From UHGV virus genome UHGV-0070450: a stretch of 23,277 nucleotides of DNA. One strand, given 5' to 3'. This document shows positions 17,384 through 23,277 of this stretch, in pieces; position 1 is the stretch's first letter, and every line of letters begins with the position of its first letter. The notes beneath the pieces were generated by a model. That model did no database searches. It saw only the letters and a list, made by a program, of their open reading frames with translations, and was not told where the DNA came from. Source of the stretch: a virus. The translations under genes and the position numbers were made by a program.

Positions 17384-17499
17384 TCCTGGTTAAATTTCAT
17401 TTTTCGCGGGTATAAAAAAACGATGGGGCGGGCAGTCCGGAAGACGTCAGGCCGCAGGGATTTGACCCGCCCCTCCCCTCAGGCAGTTGAGAATCATTA
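17384..17499. other. Intergenic region between HNH and terminase small-subunit genes with a GC-rich inverted repeat; candidate cos/packaging-site region
   Basis: GGGGCGGG (17425-17432) and CCCGCCCC (17466-17473) flank a 33-nt spacer. Confidence 0.3.
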
Positions 17500-17850
17500 T
17501 CACTTCAACCGTTCACGGGCCGTCTTCGCCTTATGACACGGCCAGCACAGACTCTGCAGATTACAGTCGGCATCAGTGCCGCCATGCGATTTAGGGATGA
17601 TGTGGTCAACGGTCTTCGCCTCACGCACCACACCAGCACGCAGACATAACTGACACAGGCCTTTGTCACGCTTCAGGACACGCGCGCGGATACTGTCCCA
17701 CTTCGAACCGTAGCCGCGCTGATGACGGGATTGTCCAGGTTTGTATTGCTTCCAGCCTTCGCTTTTGTGGCTTTCGCAGTAGCCTGAAGGGTCCGTGGTT
17801 GTAGAGCGGCAGCCGCGAACACGGCAGGCTTTTGGGGTTCGTGGGGGCAT
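17500..17850 (-). CDS. HNH endonuclease (terminase-associated)
   Basis: 116-aa ORF with Cys pairs (CRVRGC, CQLC, CWPC) and DHIIPKSHGGTDADCNLQSLCWPCH, an HNH His-Me finger motif; directly upstream of the terminase small subunit. Confidence 0.85.
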   Translation of the reverse strand: MPPRTPKACRVRGCRSTTTDPSGYCESHKSEGWKQYKPGQSRHQRGYGSKWDSIRARVLKRDKGLCQLCLRAGVVREAKTVDHIIPKSHGGTDADCNLQSLCWPCHKAKTARERLK

Positions 17851-18374
17851 ATGTACTCCAATGAAGAAACCAGCGAAATAGCTGCCTTCATTCGTAGTAA
17901 ACCTTTTTCATCAACGCAGTAATGGATTCTTTGAAGAGTCGCAATCAATACAACTCACTAATGGAGAGACTTGTCTCACGCATGAGACAAATTTCCCGTT
18001 TGAATTAATGGACACTATAGAGGGACAGAATGCCTTCCTCACTCGAATCACATCAATTAAGGAAGTTCAACATGTTTCATTCCACAAGTCATCAGGCTGT
18101 AATTATGGCAGCATCAGTTTGTGCCACAGACCTTTTCCGCTTCACTTTGAGCCTGATTCATTTCTACCTGACCGGCTCGCTTCTATCTTTTTAATCCCCG
18201 CTTTATCCAAATTGCATTGCCAGAATGCCGACAACAGACTGACATTCAAATCCTGACTACCTCCAATAGTCTGACCGTACACCTATATAGTTTTAATTTT
18301 CATCAATCCATTTAACTATCGTTTAATTGTTGTCACATAGGATTCTGCCGTTTTTAACAATGCAGGATAATAAG

Positions 18375-18665
18375 ATGAAAAAAATGTTGTTTTCTGCCGC
18401 TCTGGCAATGCTTATTACAGGATGTGCTCAACAGACGTTTACTGTTGGAAACAAACCGACAGCAGTAACACCAAAGGAAACCATCACCCATCATTTCTTC
18501 GTTTCGGGAATTGGACAGCAGAAAACTGTTGATGCAGCCAAAATTTGTGGCGGCGCAGAAAATGTTGTTAAAACAGAAACCCAGCAAACATTCGTAAATG
18601 GATTGCTCGGTTTTATTACTTTAGGCATTTATACTCCGCTGGAAGCGCGGGTGTATTGCTCATAA
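18375..18665 (+). CDS. bor: Bor lipoprotein (lambda bor-like serum-resistance outer-membrane lipoprotein)
   Basis: MKKMLFSAALAMLITGCAQQTFTV... with lipobox LITGC; strongly matches recalled lambda Bor. The track ORF starts further upstream at 18327; 18375 has the AGGA Shine-Dalgarno. Confidence 0.85.
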   Translation: MKKMLFSAALAMLITGCAQQTFTVGNKPTAVTPKETITHHFFVSGIGQQKTVDAAKICGGAENVVKTETQQTFVNGLLGFITLGIYTPLEARVYCS

Positions 18666-18678
18666 TAATTGCATGAGT

Positions 18679-18696
18679 TGCCCATCGATATGGGCA
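18679..18696. terminator. Palindromic stem-loop between the convergent bor and Rz genes
   Basis: TGCCCAT-CGAT-ATGGGCA, 4 nt after the Rz stop and 14 nt after the bor stop. Confidence 0.4.
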
Positions 18697-18699
18697 GCT

Positions 18700-19161
18700 C
18701 TATCTGCACTGCTCATTAATATACTTCTGGGTTCCTTCCAGTTGTTTTTGCATAGTGATCAGCCTCTCTCTGAGAGTGAAATAATCCCGTTCAGCGGTGT
18801 CTGCCAGTCGGGGGGAGGCTGCATTATCCATGCCGGAGGCGGTGGTGGCTTCACGCACTGACTGACAGACTGCTTTGATGTGCAACCGACGACGACCAGC
18901 GGCAACATCATCACACAGAGCATCATTTTCAGCTTTCGCATCAGCTAACTCCTTCGTGTATTTTGCATCGAGCGCAGCGACATCACGTTGGCGCACCTGC
19001 ATGTCAGTAATTGTCGAGTTCGCCAGCTTCAGTTCTCTGGCATTTTTGTCGCGCTGGGCTTTGTAGGTAATGGCGTTATCACGGTAATGATTAACCGCCC
19101 ATGACAGACAGACGATGATGCAGATAACCAGAGCGGAGATAATCGCGGTTAATCTGTTCAT
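18700..19161 (-). CDS. rz: Rz i-spanin
   Basis: 153-aa ORF with N-terminal membrane helix ([20 protein letters not shown]) and coiled-coil periplasmic domain; follows the endolysin gene with a 4-nt overlap. Confidence 0.85.
   Translation of the reverse strand: MNRLTAIISALVICIIVCLSWAVNHYRDNAITYKAQRDKNARELKLANSTITDMQVRQRDVAALDAKYTKELADAKAENDALCDDVAAGRRRLHIKAVCQSVREATTASGMDNAASPRLADTAERDYFTLRERLITMQKQLEGTQKYINEQCR
18759..18941 (-). CDS. rz1: Rz1 o-spanin, embedded in the +1 frame of Rz
   Basis: [49 protein letters not shown]... with lipobox VVGC and a proline-rich stretch; near-identical to recalled lambda Rz1. Confidence 0.8.
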   Translation of the reverse strand: MRKLKMMLCVMMLPLVVVGCTSKQSVSQCVKPPPPPAWIMQPPPDWQTPLNGIISLSERG

Positions 19162-19634
19162 ACCTCAATCTCTCTGACCATTCCGCCCGCTTCTTTGAAT
19201 TTTGCAATCAGGCTGTCAGCCTTATGCTCGAACTGACCATAACCAGCGCCCGGCAGTGAAGCCCAGATATTGCTGCAACGGTCGATAGCCTGACGAATAT
19301 CACCGCGATCAATCATCGGTAAAGCGCCACGCTCTTTAATCTGTTGCAGTGCCACAGCGTCCTGGCTTTTCGGAGAGAAGTCTTTCAGGCCAAGCTGCTT
19401 GCGGTAAGCATCCCACCAGCGTGAAAGAAGTTGATAACGGCCTGCAGCTGTTGATTTGAGTTTCGGGTTTAGCGTGACAAGTTTGCGAGGGTGATCGGAG
19501 TAATCAGTGAAGAGTTCTCCACCGACAATAACGTCATAACCGTGGTTACGTGTCGGTTGTCGCCCGTTATCCGTTCCCTCTGACCATGCCACCATATCCA
19601 GGAAAGCTTTACGCTGGGAATTTAGTACCTGCAT
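19158..19634 (-). CDS. R: Endolysin, lambda R-type lytic transglycosylase
   Basis: 158-aa ORF ...[80 protein letters not shown]... closely matches recalled lambda R. Confidence 0.9.
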   Translation of the reverse strand: MQVLNSQRKAFLDMVAWSEGTDNGRQPTRNHGYDVIVGGELFTDYSDHPRKLVTLNPKLKSTAAGRYQLLSRWWDAYRKQLGLKDFSPKSQDAVALQQIKERGALPMIDRGDIRQAIDRCSNIWASLPGAGYGQFEHKADSLIAKFKEAGGMVREIEV

Positions 19635-19637
19635 AAA

Positions 19638-19964
19638 TTACTCCTTAGAGCCACCAAACTTGTTACCGATTACTCTCATTGCAGCCCCACGAATAGCATC
19701 AACACCGATCAGCCCCACCCCACCACCAATGGCAACAGATAGTGATTTAGGCCATCCGACATACTCAAGAGCGGATGCAAAAGTCAGCGTCAGAGCGCCA
19801 CAGAGTAGAATTTCGAGTGTTTTTCGCTTCCAGCCGCCACCACCGCCAAAATAGGCAATACGTAAACCAGCCATAACAATCGACATAATCACTGCGCCCA
19901 GCGGTGTGTCTCCACGCCACCAGCTCTGGACCAACTCCAGCCATGTATTTGGGTTATGAGGCAT
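19638..19964 (-). CDS. Holin (lambda S-family-like)
   Basis: 108-aa ORF directly upstream of the endolysin gene with hydrophobic segments (GAVIMSIVMAGLRIAYFGG..., ILLCGALTLTFASAL..., VAIGGGVGLIGV...). Confidence 0.75.
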   Translation of the reverse strand: MPHNPNTWLELVQSWWRGDTPLGAVIMSIVMAGLRIAYFGGGGGWKRKTLEILLCGALTLTFASALEYVGWPKSLSVAIGGGVGLIGVDAIRGAAMRVIGNKFGGSKE

Positions 19965-20110
19965 TTGTAGTTATCTCTCACCTCGCTGATACAGCAGGTG
20001 CAAATTGAGGAAACATCATGTACCGCAAATCAGAAGCGGAAACGTCAAAGAAGCCGAGTCAATGGATAACTGCGGGATAGGCTAGGACCAAGGAATCCCC
20101 AGACCCAGAA

Positions 20111-20138
20111 ACGACAAAACCCGCTCGATGGCGGGTTT
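20111..20138 (-). terminator. Intrinsic terminator on the minus strand upstream of the holin gene (tR'-like position)
   Basis: Perfect 8-bp stem AAACCCGC / GCGGGTTT with 6-nt loop; on the minus strand it is followed by TTTTGTCGTTTCT. Confidence 0.45.
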
Positions 20139-20255
20139 AAGCTGTGTGGCGAAGTGAGCACACTTAACAGATTACGATATTTTTTGCGTACGCGTTAGTG
20201 TTTTGATAGAATTTTCAGCCACATAAAAATTCATTCTTATAATTCGGGATATATA

Positions 20256-21431
20256 ATGGATATAACTTGTTTAGAATGTGGCAATGTTCTTGACGACCCA
20301 ACTGTAGCTTGCGATAAATGCGGTGCCACGCCTCATGTTGTAGTGCTGGGCAAACAATCGTACTTTCCTATTGGTGCTGTAACAGCAAATCTTGAAAAAA
20401 ATGATTCAAGAGCATTTGATTATCGATTAGGTGAAGTTTGGGATCTAAAAAATGAAGTCACATCTGAATTCATAACCAGAATTGAGAAAAAATTTAGCCG
20501 AAAAAACAAATTTCATAACTTCCTAGACTCAGATCACAACCCTTCATCCATTCCTACGATCCTAAAAAAATACATTAATAAAAATAATGAATTCATTGAT
20601 TTATCTAGAGCTATAATAGAGAAGCTTAAACATAATGCTAATAACGAATCGAGAGTTGCCCAACTTCAGGGGGGGAGCGTTGTTTTCATCCACTATAAGT
20701 CTACCGAACCAGAGGATTTGGGGAAACTTCTAATCGTAATGGTTGATAAACAAAGCGCCTATGACTTTGATTCGGATAAGTTGACCCCAACAAGATTAAA
20801 TCCAATTAATACCGATGCCTTACGGCAGGCTGCGATGTTCGATTTAACTTTATTCGAAGCCAGTTATCCAGAAAACAAGGGTGACTCATATGTACATTTC
20901 TTGCAAGGTAAATCTAAAAGCGATTTTTTCAAAGACTCATTAGGTTGCCGACATGATTCGGACAATAAAAGAAGCATTCAGCAATTATTCAGTGCTATAG
21001 ATATTTTTGCTAGTAAAAACTCACTCGGTCGTGTACTGCGTGATACTATTGACAATGAAGTTAAATCCTTACTGGAAAAAAAATCAAAAGATAAACACGG
21101 AAATAAGTCCGTTAAGATAGAGGATATTTCAAAAATAATTGACTCATGCCTGACTGATTCACACAAATGTAAGGGAACGTTTGTCGATTTTGTTAATCTT
21201 AATGGTTTCCAGATTGACCCTCAATTTGAACCAACTCCTAAAGCAGCTGAAAGCGCGCTTACAATTGAAGTGGCAGATAACGACAATAATTTTAAGTTGA
21301 AAATAATGCGTGGAGCTATTGGAGACGAAAAGTCAAATAAGCCTGTAATTCTCACTGACAACAAATGCGAAATTGTGATAAAATTGAGTCAGGCAAATTA
21401 TGATGAACTCAAAAGATATAGAGACAGCTAA
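20256..21431 (+). CDS. Cargo protein: N-terminal zinc ribbon fused to an NdpA/YejK-like (NA37 nucleoid-associated) domain
   Basis: 391-aa ORF. N-terminus has CLECG...CDKCG (two CxxC pairs). The central region (GGSVVFIHYKS..., AMFDLTLFEASYPENKGDSYVHFLQGKSKSDFFKDSLG...) aligns by eye to E. coli YejK (GGFVLFCHYRY..., [38 protein letters not shown]...). AT-rich, opposite strand to the phage genes. Confidence 0.65.
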   Translation: MDITCLECGNVLDDPTVACDKCGATPHVVVLGKQSYFPIGAVTANLEKNDSRAFDYRLGEVWDLKNEVTSEFITRIEKKFSRKNKFHNFLDSDHNPSSIPTILKKYINKNNEFIDLSRAIIEKLKHNANNESRVAQLQGGSVVFIHYKSTEPEDLGKLLIVMVDKQSAYDFDSDKLTPTRLNPINTDALRQAAMFDLTLFEASYPENKGDSYVHFLQGKSKSDFFKDSLGCRHDSDNKRSIQQLFSAIDIFASKNSLGRVLRDTIDNEVKSLLEKKSKDKHGNKSVKIEDISKIIDSCLTDSHKCKGTFVDFVNLNGFQIDPQFEPTPKAAESALTIEVADNDNNFKLKIMRGAIGDEKSNKPVILTDNKCEIVIKLSQANYDELKRYRDS

Positions 21432-21433
21432 TA

Positions 21434-22648
21434 ATGACAATTGCTGATGACTTATCAAGATTAGCGCAGATTATTAACGGAGCCTCAAGCAGAGTTGAGG
21501 GCTACTACACTGTCATAAGTCTTGAAGAAAGCATTGTTATTGTAAATAGTTCTGAAATAATTAGACTGTTACAATCTATAGGTTATAAAAAGGCAACAAC
21601 CTGCATCGAAAATAATGAAATTTGGCTAGATCGCCAAGCTTCATCTTGGGATGATGCTATAATTTATGAGAATGTTGAGTCTTTTTGGTCTAGAGTAAAC
21701 ACCCAAAACGCTCTTCCGAAAAATTATATCATCGGAACGCCGTTAATACTCCCTACTTCTAAGAATGAAAGCATCGAAAAAATCCATATTTTCTTTATGT
21801 GGAAAGATATCCTTTCATTAATTTCTGATCATCATAACAGTGACTGCTCTGTCTTATTTTTCACCAATGAAGACAAAAGTTATACAGTCGAACTCACGCA
21901 TTTTTTACAATATAGCGAGATTAATCGCTTATCGAACTCGTCTCTTAAATATGAAATTATAAAGGAGCTTCTCGACACAATAAAAATCAATGATTTACAC
22001 AAAAGCGAGCGCAAGCTCGTTATACGCTCAGCCATAAACGAAGTATTTAAAGCAAATGGTACGTTCAATTTCTTTGACTTGCTTAACTCTACTGAACTCG
22101 TCAGGAAAAAATATGATGAACTATATGAGATTTACACAAAGAGGTTTTCTGTAAATAAAATTCTTAACGAACTCGATGAGAAAAATCTTGAGTTCACGAG
22201 TAAAATTAACGAATTCATATCATCTAATCAGACAAAAGCATTGACTATTCCCGGTGCATTAATAGCAGCTGGTGGCTTAGTGAAGGCTAATGAAACAACC
22301 GAAGCAATATTGATTATCGCAGGACTTTGGATGATAAAAAAAGTCAATTACATTTCTATTGAGATATTCAATGAAACATTCGACAACTTACGTTCTCGAG
22401 TGGAGTCCGCTTTCGATAAGTATTTAAAGTTTGAAGAAAATAAAGAAATCAAAGATAATGCAGATAGTATTAAGAGTAGCATTACAGGTTTGATTGATAA
22501 AGCTAAAAAAAGGATGAGAACTGTTAAATATCTCGCATCAGCCATGTTTTATGGAGGCCTTATTTACGTTGGATATAAACAGTTCCCAGTCTTTTTTGAA
22601 AAATCGGCAGTAAATCTATTTTATTTTTTATGCCATACTATAAGCTAA
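21434..22648 (+). CDS. Cargo protein of unknown function with two predicted C-terminal transmembrane helices (candidate membrane effector)
   Basis: 404-aa ORF starting 2 nt after the upstream stop (translationally coupled); hydrophobic stretches LTIPGALIAAGGLV / AILIIAGLWMI and YLASAMFYGGLIYVGY; no recognisable catalytic motif; AT-rich. Confidence 0.65.
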   Translation: MTIADDLSRLAQIINGASSRVEGYYTVISLEESIVIVNSSEIIRLLQSIGYKKATTCIENNEIWLDRQASSWDDAIIYENVESFWSRVNTQNALPKNYIIGTPLILPTSKNESIEKIHIFFMWKDILSLISDHHNSDCSVLFFTNEDKSYTVELTHFLQYSEINRLSNSSLKYEIIKELLDTIKINDLHKSERKLVIRSAINEVFKANGTFNFFDLLNSTELVRKKYDELYEIYTKRFSVNKILNELDEKNLEFTSKINEFISSNQTKALTIPGALIAAGGLVKANETTEAILIIAGLWMIKKVNYISIEIFNETFDNLRSRVESAFDKYLKFEENKEIKDNADSIKSSITGLIDKAKKRMRTVKYLASAMFYGGLIYVGYKQFPVFFEKSAVNLFYFLCHTIS

Positions 22649-22984
22649 CATTGCTAAACAGCCATCAACAAACCCCATTGCAGTTTGCAGTTCCTTCCTA
22701 ATTGTGCCATCAGAGCATTTTCTCTTCTTCGCAATAGTGCGTAATGAGATACCGATAACAAAGTGGGCGATGATGAGCTCATATTCCTCTGGTTTATACC
22801 TTCTCAACCGAGCCACACAACTGTCTATCATGATGCCTTCGTCATCATCACACTGAATCCGTGACTTTTTGCCATGAGGTAAAAGTCCCTTGAAACCAGC
22901 CGCTATCGGCTGCCAGTCCACTCCGCTATTGTCTGAAGCAGCCCAAGCTCCCCAACGATCCATTACTTCATACATATCACGCAT
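22628..22984 (-). CDS. Late-gene antiterminator Q (Phage_antitermQ-like)
   Basis: MRDMYEVMDRWGAWAA...WQPIAAGFKGL... matches the RWGAWA / IAAGFKGL signature recalled for one Q family. Start taken at the ATG with GGAG Shine-Dalgarno (track start 22999 is a TTG). Confidence 0.7.
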   Translation of the reverse strand: MRDMYEVMDRWGAWAASDNSGVDWQPIAAGFKGLLPHGKKSRIQCDDDEGIMIDSCVARLRRYKPEEYELIIAHFVIGISLRTIAKKRKCSDGTIRKELQTAMGFVDGCLAMLAYSMA

Positions 22985-23002
22985 CAACTTTCTCCACAAA
23001 AT

Positions 23003-23277
23003 CAGGCCAACACACCAATTGCCAGCGCACGATCGATAAAACGAAATATCAACTCCAGCTGGGAGCCATACTTCTCTTCAAATGCCACGGTATCCGCATG
23101 CAGCTCGTCGTGATGCTTTCTGCACAAAGGCAGCACAAAGAGATCATGCTCTTTTGTACCCATTCCCCCCTGACCGTGGCCTATCAGATGGTGGGGATCA
23201 TCAGCAGGCTTTCCACAACATGCACACGGCTGCGTCTTAACCCAGCGCGTGTACTTTTCATTAACCCAGCGGCGACG
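23003..23277 (-). CDS. 3' part of a prophage nin-region gene; Cys/His-rich putative zinc-binding nuclease-like protein (start lies beyond the window)
   Basis: Minus-strand reading ...TQPCACCGKPADDPHHLIGHGQGGMGTKEHDLFVLPLCRKHHDELHADTVAFEEKYGSQLELIF...* ends 1-2 nt before the Q region; family not assigned with confidence. Confidence 0.45.

Noticed and set aside
17673-17948. 91-aa minus-strand ORF overlapping the HNH endonuclease gene in another frame
   Set aside because: Overlaps the well-supported HNH ORF for most of its length and lacks a start context; judged a frame artefact.
17946-17969. Motif caatacaactcactaatggagaga resembling a T7/T3-class single-subunit RNA polymerase promoter (TAATACGACTCACTATAGGGAGA), pointing toward bor
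   Set aside because: Only about 13 of 15 core positions match with an indel before the initiating G-run, no single-subunit RNA polymerase gene is present in this lambdoid/HK97-like element, and a match of this quality is expected by chance at a non-negligible rate in 23 kb on two strands.
18008-18256. 82-aa plus-strand ORF in the HNH-bor intergenic region
   Set aside because: No ribosome-binding site, Cys/His/Phe-rich low-quality translation; the region is more likely non-coding (possible module joint).
1-23277. CRISPR arrays, tRNA/tmRNA/rRNA genes, IS elements and integrase genes
   Set aside because: No regularly spaced direct repeats, no tRNA-like T-arm/acceptor patterns in the intergenic regions, and no transposase or integrase-like ORFs were seen; an integrase would be expected at the other prophage end, outside this window.

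Overview
This window looks like the right-hand ~22.5 kb of an e14-like, mosaic, probably defective prophage integrated in the host icd gene (Enterobacteriaceae). The most interesting region is an AT-rich two-gene cassette (20256-22648) inserted antisense between the Q antiterminator and the lysis genes, which I propose as a candidate undescribed anti-phage or exclusion module. All family assignments are from reading the translations against remembered family signatures; no searches were run. Layout, left to right: a host DUF1398 gene (1-405); an icd 3' fragment marking the attachment junction (667-831); a GmrSD-like type IV restriction enzyme (1658-3547) where e14 carries mcrA; a truncated pin invertase and an invertible tail-fibre segment (3581-5292); then, all on the minus strand, a contractile-tail module (tape measure, frameshifted chaperone, tube, sheath), an HK97-type head module (capsid, protease, portal, terminases, HNH endonuclease) and a lambda-type lysis cassette (holin, R, Rz/Rz1) with bor opposite. 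The tail module appears to lack baseplate genes. No rRNA, tRNA, CRISPR array or IS element was found. Coordinates of features I derived by hand (hairpins, sites, small ORFs) may be off by 1-2 nt.
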